The notes under the pieces: model-generated | What the model saw: only the letters and a program-made list of their open reading frames with translations | Told to the model about the DNA's origin: nothing | Database searches by the model: none | Position numbers and translations under genes: made by a program | Part shown: piece after piece, positions 50,589 through 63,730 of the stretch | Layout of the letters: each line of letters starts with the position of its first letter | Position numbering within the stretch: position 1 is the first letter of the stretch | NCBI GenBank assembly: GCA_951406725.2 | Contig: OX597817.1 | Span: 134,168,001-134,232,000, forward strand | Length of the DNA stretch: 64,000 nucleotides | Direction: 5' to 3' | Source: Octopus vulgaris | Lineage: Eukaryota

Positions 50589-51651
50589 AATAATAATAAT
50601 AATAATATATATATATATATATATTTAATGGGGATCTTTTGCTTGCGTCTGAGATCATGGGGCTCCGACATCCCTGAACTTGCGACACACATTGGCACTG
50701 GATATCTTGTCCTGGCTTGTCTCGATCATATTAGTAGGGTGGAGAGGGTCTGTAAAGTGGTGTTCAAGCCTTTTTAGACCTAAAATTTTAGGTCATGAAA
50801 TCGCCGGCGTGGCGACTATCCGACGCCTGCTCGAGTAGGAGGTCACCGAAGCGAGCATGGAAGTCGCGGATGCTGCTGAAACAATTTCATGCACGGACAC
50901 GGCTGTCATTTTGCATCAGTAATGGTCAGTGACCATCTCCTTCGATCGTGATTAGCCGGCCAACATCACCAAACAAGCGATCAGTAATACAACCAACCTT
51001 AAGCCACAATTTGATTTGTTAGGAGTTACAGAAGAACTGAAATTGTAATGGAAGGCTACTGTCAAAAATAAAGGACTATTAAAAGGGGAGGATTTTAATA
51101 GAATTATGAAATAAAGGAGGAAGAGTTTTTCAGAACAAAGATGTTTGAGGAACGAAACTATTAGAGTAGAAATATTTGTTATAAGAGGAGACAACAGCAG
51201 TAAAATGTTTGGGAGCAGCAGAAAGACGAGCGATTGGATTACTGACCCTCAGAACACGAAATGCCGGTGCACCGGCACTACGCCAGGGCCGTATATCCCC
51301 ATAATGCCGGTCTACTGGTATTCCACATATCTTTAATTTTCACCATTTTGCACGCTTGTGTTGTGAAAGAAGCATGTCTTTCAGCATACATTCTAAAATT
51401 AAAAGTTTTCAGTGAAACCCGCGGGGAGCTTAGGATGATGCATTCAATTCCTGTGGGTGGTTAGGGTTCAAAGGGTTAAAGGAGGAGGAGGAAGAATATA
51501 CAGTAGAGTAACGACTATTATGGAACAGACATGAAGTATGTTCCATGTAACAAGGGTTCGAGAATTAGCTGCCAAAAACACAACCGACATTGCTAGAAAC
51601 GCACTTGTGCACTAGATCAACAAAAGAAAGAATGGTGAGTTTTAAAACTCA

Positions 51652-52009
51652 GTAGCACTATGACCCGGCGTTGCCGGTTCATAGTGCTAGTGCATGCATA
51701 TACAGCTGCGTGCATACACACGAGTACTGTCCAAATCTCCGACCAATCACATACAGCTAGCTGGCATTCAATTGGTGTATCAGGTTTCGGGGGCTTTGAT
51801 TGGGTTTTGGATAGAAAATTCACAAAAAAGTAACTTCTATTGATATTTTAATGGCTTTGCGGACTGACTGGGTAAATGTAAAGATGTGCACGACCACTCT
51901 TGGACGGTTTTGAATGACCATAGAAAGTGCGAGCCTTCTAACTGAAAAATTGTGGATTTGTATAAAGGATACACACACAGACAGACATTTTGCCGTTTAT
52001 ATATAAAAA
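51652..52009 (-). mobile_element. Non-autonomous Helitron-like element (different family)
   Basis: AGTAGCACTATGACCCGGCGTTGCCGG (decayed CTAG end with hairpin) and ACAGACAGAC...TTTATATATA end, same layout as 38539. Confidence 0.65.
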
Positions 52010-52677
52010 TTTTCTTGCTGAACAACCTGCACAAATGACTTGTTTATTGTGATTAAATGGTTGTGCTGTACATTAGCTCACTCCTTCCATCAAATCGACA
52101 TCGCCACATGTCAAAGTGAGCACAGAGCAACGTAAAAATGAAGTGTTTTTGCTCAAGAACATAACGAACCACCCGGACAGAGAATCGAAACCACGATATT
52201 CCCATCGCTCGTACAACAGTCTAATCACTAAGAATTCCAGTAGGAACACAGAGCAAAGTGTATGAACAATACACCATAAACAGGAACGTATAAGAGATCT
52301 ATAAAAAATGAAGAATACAGTCAGTATTGAATAGATAACGAGGAGATTAATATAGAAGACGAACATTCACAGAGGCTGGTTTAGCAATAAATCTAATAAT
52401 TCCATGTAAGATCATTAGAAACAGTTAAACTTCAAAGACGATGACTAGAAGATCCTGGAAGAACAATTATCAGGCATGGAAATAGGAACACCATCATCAG
52501 TTTTCCTGCAACATTGGATGGAAAGGCATTATTTAAAAGTAACCAACCTCTGAACCTCCTCCCTCATAAGTCACCGAACGCAGATCAAGTTGAAGTGAAA
52601 CAACCGTTTCCCACCCGATGAAACCTTCCAGGTTTCTCATTCAGATAAGAATTTGTATCCACACAGGATTATCTGAG

Positions 52678-52975
52678 GAGGCACGTGGTTTAGTGTGTTC
52701 GGCTCACAAGTGTCAGGGTGTGAGTTCCGTTTCCGGCAGTGCATTGGTTTCTTAAACAAGACACTTTATTTCATTATGCCCCAGTCTACTCGCCTGGCAA
52801 AAGTAAGTTGAACCTGTGTTTCAAAAGGCCAGCTTTGTCACACTGTATCTCGCTGAACTACATTAAGGGAACGGTGTCTATGGAGTACTCAACCTCTTTC
52901 ATATCGATTTCACGAGTAGCGTTGTTCCGTTGACCGAACCAACAGGAACCCTGTTCATCATAACCGGCAGTGTGC
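52678..52975 (+). mobile_element. SINE family D
   Basis: GAGGCACGTGGTTTAGTG head, CAAGACACTTTATTTCA body, family A-type tail. Confidence 0.78.
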
Positions 52976-54351
52976 AAATTGTATGTATTGAAATCTAACA
53001 GTCTATGCGTTTTTACTCTCTCCACTGTCCAGTATATTTCAGCGGTCAGTATATCGGAGACGAGAGATTACGTCGAATAATGTGATCAGCGTGTACACGT
53101 CATTGACAAATCTCAAAGAACAAGAAACGTGTCTGGTGTTCTCACGGGTCAAGGATGGGGCGATTTTTGCCTCGCTTAGCTATACAGTGTTTTTAACATA
53201 GCTTGACTAGGAAGAGATTATCTCTCAAACAAAACCTACATTATGCTCGTGATCGAAGCATATGCTTTAAGTATGATACATAGATGGCTATTTCAATTCG
53301 TTTCAGTAACGTACATCGAGTTGAGAGAGAAAGTATGTGTTTGTATATGTGTGCGGGGGCTGGGAGCATTTGCGTTTCTAGAAACTGAACTTTACGTAAG
53401 GTAAATTAATTGTCTTCGCTGTCAGAGGTTTTCCTATCAAAACGAACCAGTAGCAAATATTTATCCTGAAAATCCTGAGGAAATATTTCTCTCTGTCGGC
53501 GATAAATGTTAACTGAATTGTCTTTTGGACTAAGTAAAACCACAGCATGAGATGATATCAATCTTACCATGAGATTCATTCCCAAACAAGTTATACACTA
53601 GTCGTTGCCAAAATCTATTTTAAGCATTCTCGCTGTTATAGACCATCTGATAAAATAAAAAAGGGAAAATACCTATGATTTATATTGCATAGAAACCCTG
53701 CTTTCAAACAAAACTACATTTATCTCCCGGGATATCTAAATGTAATCTAAATAAAGCTTAGATCAGGTCTGACATGTATAACCCCAGGTCAGATCTGATC
53801 AAGCAGACAATCAAGTACGTTCCATCCTTGACCAGCTCGCTTTTCGGATTCGACAGTTATATACTGGACATAACATGTATACGCCCACAGTAACATACCA
53901 GACATTAACTCAAATACGCCCATAGCAACATATCAGACAGAACACACACAGACTTATATATTAGATTTAACAGTCATACACGCTGTTATACACACACAAA
54001 ACAAGAAACACGCACTTTTAAAATACAGACTCTTATACACATATATAAATACACATACACGCATACACACAAATAAACAAACACATAGATTTCTGTTTGT
54101 TGGTCACGAACTCAGAATAAAAGGTAATTACATCTTGCATTATTTAAACCTGTTCGTTTTATAGAAAACGTGTAAAATTCGGAATAAACGCGAATATATT
54201 AGCGGTGTTTATGACATTAATCTTGTTAAAATTGTATTTTTCAAGAATCGTAAAATTTGAGTAAATCATTGAATGATAAAAGTTGACAGTCTCGATCATT
54301 GGTTGTTCCTGTGTGAGTGTCAGTTCTGGAAGCTTGTTGTTCTTCACTTGA

Positions 54352-54410
54352 TTTTTGCACGTCATCACCACACCATAAACCTGGTTTTGCACGTCATCAC
54401 TACACCATAA
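54352..54410. repeat. ~32-bp tandem duplication
   Basis: TTTTGCACGTCATCAC.ACACCATAA twice. Confidence 0.85.
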
Positions 54411-55513
54411 TGATTAATAGAAGCAGCGATACAGAGAACACCACGGCGATAAATAGGAGACGATCATTATGGATATGGCCACGACGGTAGTAGTAGTAGT
54501 AGTTAATCTCCATGTACGTTGACTGCGGGTGGAGAGATTGTACAAGTAGGGTGTATCATATTCATCAGAGAGGGGAACGATTAAGAGAAAATGTAAATAA
54601 GACACAGAAAATAACGAAACAAACCATTCGAGTAAAAATAACAACAAGGGTTGTTTGGCAAAACTTCTATCATGGCCGATGCTCATCAAAATACTTTAAA
54701 CTAAGCATTGCAATATAATAAAACACACGTCATTTAATTAGAGTGATATATTGCTCCCTCTGCCTACAACCCTGGAGCATTTTGCTGTGTTCTATATACG
54801 TATAACTAAGTGCAGCAGATCGTTGTGTGATGTCTTGAGTACGGATGAAGTGCCTGAAGATGTTGCAGCTTAAAAATCACCGATTTGTTCACTGGAAACT
54901 CTTCCGTCCCATCAGTGCTATTCATTGTTCTTGCGTAAGAAAAATGCAAGGTTTTTTTTCCACTCAGAAATCGAAAGCCAGTTCACATATAATCCCCAGG
55001 AGACTATTCGAGTCTAATCTTTTCTCCAAAAATAAATGACGTACAAAGTTATTTCAAACCCGACAAAAGACCAACTATTTTAGCTTTGGACAAGTATAAT
55101 CAATCGGAAATCGATTTCATTAATTACCAATTACTAGTCTTATCGATCTCATTAGAAAAAAACTAAGACATTTTCTTCTACATTAGAGAAAAGCGCTCCA
55201 TATTTCAGGGAAGACTTAGATGAGACGAAAGTTTCATTTTTGTTTTGAATACATTTGGGAAGGGATGAATGACTCAAATTGTACCAAGTGAACGTCGGTT
55301 TCACGCTGTAGGTTCGTCTTCCTCGTATTTAGCTCAGGATAAACCCAAGAATTAATTCATTATAACCTAATGTATGGCTATAAGAACACGAATCGTTAAA
55401 GAAAATGTATAACGAATTGAGCTAATATTGGGGTACTAGATTTTATATCCAACAGGATATATTTGAATAAATAAATGCTACTGTTCTATATCTGAAAGAT
55501 GTGGAATTATGTA

Positions 55514-55978
55514 CATTATTTACATTTAACGGATATTTGTCCTCATCTTGTTTGTTGTTTGTCACAACGTTTCGCCTGATATATCCTCCAACCTTAATCA
55601 GATGTCTTGGGGAAATTTCGAACATGGGTTCTCATTCCTAAGGTATTTTTCGATGTTATTATTATTATTCAGATCACTGCCTAGAATCGAACTTGGAATC
55701 TTGGGGTTACTAGCCCGCGCTCTTAACCACTATGCCCACGGGTATATGGCGTAGTGGTTAAGAGCGCGGGCTACTAATTCCAAGATTCCGAGGTCGATTC
55801 TAGATAGTGACCTGAATAATAATAATATTAATAACAACATCGAAAAATACCTTAGGAATGAGAACCCAGGTTCGAAATTTCCCCGAGACACCTGATGAAG
55901 GCTGGAGAATATATCAGCCGAAACGTTGTGATAACAACAAACAAGATGAAGACAACTATCCATCAAATGCAAATAATG
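55514..55978. mobile_element. Head-to-head palindromic element; each arm is a tRNA-like Pol III head plus hammerhead motif
   Basis: Arms 55514-55736 (-) and 55748-55978 (+) are inverted copies with an 11-bp spacer; A box GGCRTAGTGG, B box GKTCGATTC; candidate 9-bp TSD AATGCTACT at 55474-55482 and 55975-55983. Confidence 0.88.
55887..55932 (+). ncRNA. Minimal hammerhead ribozyme motif (dimer-dependent type)
   Basis: GACAC, CTGATGA (55892-55898), A, stem II GGCTG/CAGCC, GAAAC-GTT (palindromic AACGTT), GTG. The left-arm copy (~55561-55606, minus) has a mutated core CTGATTA. Confidence 0.7.
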
Positions 55979-56769
55979 CTACTATGGTTTATTTGAGCTA
56001 ATCACGGTAGCATTTATTCCATTCCACTGCCTCAATATAGAATCCAATATTCTGAAGTATTGAATCGGTGACTTTAGACATTGAAATTTGGAATTATCAT
56101 AGCTCTTTGATATTACAGTATGTCTGTTGCGTTTATCAATTCGCTTTGAAAGATTCCTGATGTGAAGTCGTGTGTTGAAACAGATATTGTTGTATTTTGG
56201 GAAGGTAAATTTATTTATCTGTATTTTTGGTTTTGTTCTTTTGTCAAATAAACTAACGCACTATATATTTTTCTTCACTCGTGTATTACTAGTCTTATTT
56301 ATTTTATGTCCATTGTCCTGAAGGACCAAATGGAGTAAGTGGAGCAAGAACACAGACGGAAACGAAAAGTGTTGCTGAAGAGGTCACAGATGTGTGACGA
56401 ATGATGTCCGGGCAATGGACATAAAATAAAGAAGACCAGTAATAAACGAGTGAAGAAAAATATACAGTGCGTGTGTTTATTTAGCAAAAAAAAAAATAAA
56501 ATGACCATCCCGAAATAAAAATAATACAGTATATTTGATTTATCGTGACATACAGTAGCTGATGTTTCTTACCAACAGGTAACTGCTAGCCAAGTACGGA
56601 TCAGTAATAAAAGATACTCCAGCCGTGACCATTCGCTATATTTTGCAAAGATTTGTGATTGAAATATTCCTTTATTTTCAAAACAGCAAAATTTGCTGGA
56701 GAGAGATTTTGATAGAAATTCTAGCGATTGAATGACGGGGTGGAATCGTCTTTGGTTCCAAATAGATTG

Positions 56770-57060
56770 TAACAGTGTATAAGTGCAGGAAAGGCAGTAC
56801 AGTCTAAGTGTAGTCAAGAGAAGTGTATATGAGTTTAGTGAATGCAGTGGGGATTAAGTGCAATGATTGCAGTAGTGAGAAGAGCCGATGCAGTAATGTC
56901 TAAGTGTAGAAGTGGTCAATGCAGCAGTGTAGAAGTGGAGTCCCTGTAGAATGCGAAAGTTAATGTTGTAGTGTAGAGTGCAGTAGCGTAAAATGCAGTC
57001 AGTGTTGTTGTGTATAGACGTAGTTAATGTGGTAGTGTGTAGCTCTATAGTATACGCTCT
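56770..57060. repeat. Degenerate GTGTAG/GCAGTA-type minisatellite
   Basis: Periodic AATGCAG/AGTGTAG motifs. Confidence 0.6.
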
Positions 57061-57254
57061 AGATTTACATTCTATAGAATGGTTCCTGTTTTTGAGGAAT
57101 AAAGGAACCTGGCTAAAACCTACTACTCTTAATTTATATTGGTTTTATTTATGATGCTGCTGTTTAGCTCCAGATAGAAAAACCCTATAATCAAGCCCAT
57201 TCCAGCCGCGACCAACCCAACTGCTTCGATGGCTATAGCATTATGTTGTCATTT

Positions 57255-57600
57255 TTCTTTTGCTTATTTTAGTAATTGGACTCTGGCCATGCTAGAGCAT
57301 CGCTTGAGGGGTGTAATTGAATAAATCGAATCGACCCCGATACTTATTCTCAGTGTGACACTTACTCTATCACTCCCTTTTGCCAAACCGTCAGTTTACG
57401 GGAACGCAACAAACCAACACCGGCGTCGAGCGGCGTAGTGGTGACAAACTCAGACACAAATACGTATAAGATGGGCTTCCACACAGTTTCCATCTGCCAA
57501 ATTCTCTCATAAGGCATAAGTCTGCCCGGAGCTATAGTAGAAGACAATTGTGTAAGGTGCTACGCAGTGGGACTGAACCTGAAACCACATGGTTGCAAGT
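57255..57600 (-). mobile_element. SINE family B
   Basis: Family B tail and head (CGCAGTGGGACTGAACC...CCACATGG). Confidence 0.85.
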
Positions 57601-57898
57601 GTGGATTATGATCTTTCGGAATGTGAATTATGGCTTGTTATTTCTAGCAGGTCAAGTGTCCACATAGAAGCTCCTTTTCTTTTCAAATACTGATTACCAT
57701 TCCATTATTAAACGGATGTGGTGTAGATTTGGGGGTTGGGATTGTTTGCTTAAGATGGATCAATAATGACAGAATGATCCGTGCGAACTTTTGTTTAGGT
57801 CAACAATCCTGTAAAACGAAAATAAAGGATTAAAAATGGTTGGAGAATAACGGAGATTGTGCTCTCCCCGTCAGAGACAGCTGTGAGCAGAGAAGTAA

Positions 57899-57929
<31 letters not shown>

Positions 57930-58575
57930 ACGAAAAACAGGAGAAAATTAACATGACACTCATTGAGATGAAGGACTGAAAGCTTAATACTTAACGCTCC
58001 TCAGCTCGGCTTTTCAAGACATAATGAACAAATATGTTGAGACAGTTTGACGGTTTAAGAATAAAGGCTTGAGGTTAATCAGTACAGAATTATTGATCTT
58101 TGATGTCGTTGTTTACAGTTGTGTTGCTCTCAAATGTGAATCAATTCACCAATTTGAATTAATTAGAATCTAAGAAAAAAATTTTTTTTATCTGAATGTT
58201 CACACCAAAATAACTCTTACATTTTAACTAGGTGTTTATTGGAAGATATGATCAATTCCCTTAACGAATGGCCAGCTGGAGCTTTTACATTGACACGTTC
58301 AGAAACCAACACATTTTTTTTTTACTTTCATAGTTAAAAGTCGTTTTGAGAACGCTTAAAAGTGGTTGGATTCAAACCTTTTCGCCCGGAAAGACGCAAC
58401 AAACAAAGAAGGCAATATATGTGGTTACTTGACCCGCTAGAAATAGTTGCCAATGCCCAACAGAACACAACAGTGACTAAAGAACATAATTAGAAACATT
58501 GGTACAACAAAAGATCGTAAAAAGCAACAGCCGTTATATAGGACAGGACGTTTATTTCAGACATAAAATATCTAG

Positions 58576-58577
<2 letters not shown>

Positions 58578-58634
<57 letters not shown>
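58578..58634. repeat. (TA)n microsatellite
   Basis: Seen directly. Confidence 0.95.
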
Positions 58635-58638
<4 letters not shown>

Positions 58639-60109
58639 AACTGCAGACTTAAAAAAAATTCAAGGCAATGTCAAAGCAATTATAGATATCAGAGTTAAAC
58701 GGTAGACTTTAGATATATCTTTAAGCAATGTTAAACCAAAGTGACATATCATCCGTTTTCAGATCTCATGACAAGGGGTGGGGGGTGAGGTGCTGCATCA
58801 GTAGCAAGTAACCTCTTGTCTGGATTACCAAGTAAAAGGACGGAAATACACGTTGTTCAAGGTGATAGCAGAAACAGAGATTGAACACGAAGAAGAAAAA
58901 GAAATAATCCGAAAGAAAAAAAATAATCAAAAAATTGCGTAATAGTGCTTCCATTTCTTTTCTTTAAAAGTGATAAAGTAAATTTAGACAAAAAACAAAA
59001 AGCATTGGAATATTTTTAAAAATACACATTGTAAAACTAAGTAAAAAAAGAAAAATTGGAAAATAAATTTCTATAAAGCTGAGAATTAAAGCCAAAGATT
59101 CTGTAGGCATTATTAGTCAATTTATTACTTGGACGTTGGTAGACGTTTTTATTGAGAGAGAGAGAAATAGGCCTTAATGATTAATGTGAAGAGCTGACAT
59201 TAATCTTCTTCTCCTGATAAATAAACCATTATTGTTTGTTTTTCTATCTATTTGTTGGTTGGTTGGTTTGTATTCTTTACTCATAGACTGATTGATTATT
59301 TGTGTTAGCAGCTAGACAGTAGCTCCTCTACGATGGGCAAGAAAGAAGAGCATGCAAGCATTATAAGGACGGCGGGGGTAGGTAAAACACGGTGGAGTGA
59401 CGGGTAGCATTACTGTGGTTGATAAATGAACATTTCTAAGAATTCGTTTGTATTTCTGTGTGTGTGAGAGGAAGAGAGAATGCGTGTGCGCGCTTCGAGA
59501 AATATTTAGACATCTTATTACGTCATGCAAGATCTTCATCGAAATATATATCTAGCTAGAATCAATATCTGTATACCTGCCTATTTGTACGTTTATACAC
59601 CCACACACACACATGTACGAATGCGTAAATACCAACGTATTCATAAAAACAAGCGCTCATTCAAACCCATGGGGACACCCATAGAAGTATATATCAAGTG
59701 AGACTTGACATTGGTTAAAAAATGAGCGTGAAACAGTGACAGAGAGACAATGAGAGAAAGAAATAAAGAAAAGAGAACAATCATATGAGCAACAATATCA
59801 ATAGTCACAGCGTCGGTCACGTGACCAATCGAATGACGAATCAGATAACAAATTTTCTCATCAATCCAAAACCACATTTAAATATCTCCAGCATCGTTCT
59901 ATCTTCGCTGTTTTAGTCGCTAAGCTTAATATGGAGAATGAAGGACGACAGCACAAAATCTTGAGGTATACGAAATCGCCTCCGTTGACCAATACAAAAT
60001 GTCTGTACTTCTCCGATGAAAGATGTTGCTGGTCTGGCCTCACGAAGAGCACAAGTACGGTAAGGCAATCGGTTCCAGGAAGTGATCTAAAATGCATGAA
60101 TATAGAATT

Positions 60110-60695
60110 CTTTAACTTTTAATTAGTTCAGTCTCATTAAACTGCAGCCAAATTGTGGCACTGCCCTGAAAGGGTTTGTCGGATCGCTACCAATTCCTAT
60201 TTTAAGTATGGTACTCATTCTATCGGTTACTTTAGCCGAACCGCTAAGTTACGGAACGTAAACAAACCAACACCGATTGAGGAGTAGTGGGAGACAAATT
60301 AAGAAAAAAAAACATTCGACGGCCTTCTTTCAGTTTCTGTCCATTAAATTCACTCGTCCCGTGGCTATGATAAACGACAGTTGCCAGCGATGTATCGTAT
60401 AACACACACACAGTCTCTTTCTTTCTCTCTCTCTCACACACACAATATATGCATTTTGTTGACGGAACTGAAAGAAGCCCGTTTTGTGTGTGTGTGTGAG
60501 AGAGGGAGACTACCGCGTGACAACTGGCGCTGGTGTGTTTACATTCCCATTACTTAGCTATTATGACACAAAGAGACCAACAGAATAAGTACCAGGATTA
60601 ATAAAAATAAGTATGAGCGTAGATTCGCTTGCCTAAAAGTCAGGTTGGTGATCCAGCATGGCTGTGACCTTATGACTGAAGCAGATGTAAAAGAA
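60110..60695. mobile_element. Two partial SINE family B copies in inverted orientation
   Basis: ~60110-60390 on minus, ~60455-60695 on plus. Confidence 0.78.
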
Positions 60696-61148
60696 AAATG
60701 TAGTTTTATCGAGATTTATATTCTGTATTAAATTTTTATTGTAATTACGTTTGCGTTCCTTGCAGATTATTTAGAAAAGTTTCCTAAAATCTATCAAATT
60801 TCTAGACATTCGTGGCCTCATCTTCAGGGATCAGTGATTTTGGTGTTTGTTGCTGATTTCCTGTAAAAGTCAGCACAAAACCAATAGTATTTGAGTAGAT
60901 ATTACAGAATTTGCAGATTATATATATATTATATTATAGCCATGAAACGTACGTGGTGTTTTTACATATCATATTATATATTTATCATTCATTTTATACT
61001 TTTTGAGATCTAGTTATAAGTTATATATTTTAAAAAAATAATATATATATTGGTTATTTATGTATTGGTTTGTGTCTATCACTGTTTGAGTTGCATAATA
61101 GTGATTTTATCGCTAATTTATATATATATATATATTTATTTATATTTA

Positions 61149-61405
61149 CATATCGTGAAGTATATTTGCCACTTAAATATGGCTAACCCTTAAGGGTGGA
61201 TGCTACTGTAGTTTGTAGCCCCAGGAAGACACCTCCTCCAGCTGGCTATTAACACTTTCTGTGCCCTATCATTATTTGCAAAGGGAATCCATCCTTCCCA
61301 TCTCCAACCCGACGTGATACACACGAACCCGAGTTTCTAGGTATTGACCCGTCATCAGCGTGTGACAATCACTGGTTATCGATGCAAAGTAGTTCCCAAT
61401 TTAAA
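61149..61405 (-). mobile_element. Hammerhead-bearing ~250-bp repeat, copy 2
   Basis: Reverse-complement homolog of 43238-43492. Confidence 0.75.
61320..61364 (-). ncRNA. Minimal type-I hammerhead ribozyme motif
   Basis: Minus strand CACACG-CTGATGA-C-GGGT-CAAT-ACCT-A-GAAA-CTCGGG-TT-CGTGTG, with a 6-bp perfect stem I. Confidence 0.72.
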
Positions 61406-61469
61406 TATATATATATCCTTTTTCCAGTAACGAAAGGTCACTGAACTCGAAAATGTATGTGTGTATATA

Positions 61470-61510
<41 letters not shown>

Positions 61511-62506
61511 GCACATAAGTTTTAAAGGTATGTATATTGTTTTCAATGATTCTGTTTTGTCTTTAGCAAGTGTATATTATACGCGTGTTTATTCTCGCAT
61601 ATATTGTGTGTGTTAATATGACGAACAAAGTAATTTTCCTTTACAATTAATGTGCTGTTATTTCCGGTTTTATGATGAAGAAATAGAAAATAATACCCCA
61701 TTCACTATAAATTCGTTTTTGGTGTACCTATAACTTATTCTCCACTCAGCTGGTTAATTATCATGAGTGTACAATACAAATGACCTTCTCTAAGAATCGG
61801 CTGGAGTGGATATAAACTTAAAATGCTTGAGTTTATAATTCAAATACCGCGCGCGCATTTTACGTCCGTCGATATGCTTCTGGTTCGATGAAGCATCTAA
61901 TGGCGTTATGGAATGGATTTAGGGCGATCTAGTTTGGTAAAATTCGTTTTTTTTATGTTAAGAATAATTTATGAGAGAAATTAACTCAGTATGCAAGTTG
62001 AAGAAACACTCAACAATTCTCAGTTATTCTTATAGCTAACCACTAAAAATGATTTATCTACAAGTAACTGCATTGAGTCATATGAGAATTTTGATGTCCT
62101 TGAGAACAGAATTGCAGATATCGTTACGATAAAATGCATGGAGATTTCAAAACACTGTCAGTAGATTATTCGGTGAAATACCAAGTCCTCCACAGCTGAT
62201 ATGTAGGATACGACAGGAACCACCCCTTTTTTACACAGTTATAGGTTTGGTACACGTAAAGTTAATGGCAATTGTGTATTCATATCGTTAATTCTGGACA
62301 TTTACTGGCCTCGTAAGTGACTTGATCTGGGAGGGTGTTGAAGGTAATCTCTATATAGCGTGCAAGACACAATTAGCCAATCAAAAATGCACAAAATAGT
62401 TCAATGCCACAGCGTGACAATTCGGGCAGTTGTCTTCTACCAAATCTTCTCATGACGCTTTGGTCGGATTGAGACTATAGTAAAAGGAAATTAAAAGAAG
62501 ATCATC

Positions 62507-62549
<43 letters not shown>

Positions 62550-62552
<3 letters not shown>

Positions 62553-62660
62553 ACGACGTGCGTCTTTCAGTTTCCGTCTACCAAATTTACTCACAGGGCT
62601 TTGGCCGGAACCATGTAGTTGGGAAGTAAGTTTCTTACCACACAGCCACGCCTGCGCCTC
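62550..62660 (-). mobile_element. SINE family B 5' part with internal deletion
   Basis: CTTTCAGTTTCCGTCTACCAAAT...CTTACCACACAGCCACGCCTGCGCC. Confidence 0.8.
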
Positions 62661-62672
62661 TCTGTATGTATG

Positions 62673-62722
<50 letters not shown>

Positions 62723-62799
62723 ACCATAGTGGATCTTCGTCTAGCAGAAGGGTTTCCACATAGTGGTTAAAAAGAAAATTCCCTCTTATATTTATGTAT

Positions 62800-63020
62800 A
62801 TGTATATATATATATATTTATATGTGTATTTGTATTTGTGTATGTCCCCTATAACCGCTGGACAACCGTTGTTGGTGTGCTTACGTCCACCTAACGTAGC
62901 GGTTCGACAAAAGGAACGGATAAAACAAGTATCAGACTAAATAAAATAAGTTCTGGGTTCGATTTGGTTGCGGTGCACCCGCATGGCCACGGTCTATTAA
63001 CTGAAACAAATAAAGGATAA
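62800..63020 (+). mobile_element. SINE family B, 3' half
   Basis: GACAACCGTTGTTGGTGTG...GCATGGCCACGGTCT...CTGAAACAA. Confidence 0.8.
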
Positions 63021-63164
63021 TTAACTTCTCACTCTATACAAACATTATTTGTGTTCGAAATTTTCGTTGCACTAATTGTGACCTGGTTACTAATAGTTAC
63101 AGTGCAATCTTTAGTGACTAGGTCACAGTTGGAGAGACGAAAACTTTCATACCAAATAATGTAT

Positions 63165-63510
63165 CAACCACACTGTTCCGTGTTCAGTCCCCCTGACTGG
63201 CACCTTGGGCAAGTGTTTTCTACTATAACCTTGGGCCGACTAAAGCCTGAGTGAATTTGGTAGACGGAAACTGAAAGAAACCCATTGTATATATATGTGT
63301 GTATGTGTTTATCTGTCTGTATTTGTCCCCCAACATCGCTTGACAACCGATGCTGGTGTGTTTACGTCTCCGTAACTTAGCGGCTCAGCAAAAGATACCG
63401 ACAGAATAAGCACCAGGCTTGCAAAAAATAAATCCTGGGGTCGATTTGATCGACGAAAGGTGGTGCTCCAGCATGGTCGCATTCAGGCGACTGAAATAAG
63501 TAAAAGACTA
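63165..63510 (+). mobile_element. SINE family B, slightly 5'-clipped
   Basis: GTTCAGTCCC...CACCTTGGGCAAGTG...GACTGAAATAAGTAAAAGA. Confidence 0.9.
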
Positions 63511-63730
63511 CAAGAATATGAAGTTATTAGACTTTGTCTTTTTGACAGGCCTGTCTACGTCTTCCATGCTGTAATTGCTTTCAATGTTTCGTCGTTATTT
63601 TTCAGTTGCCACCATGTCCTGACCGGTTGCACACCGTGTGTTTGCTGTTGCAACCTTTTTCAATCTAAAACGTGAGTTTTTTTACCGCCCCCTGTAAAAT
63701 GTTGCATACTAATTAAACCACATCTGAAGA

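Noticed and set aside
53761-53800. 13-bp inverted repeat GATCAGGTCTGAC/GTCAGATCTGATC
   Set aside because: Short and overlapping a family E tail; not enough for an RNA call.
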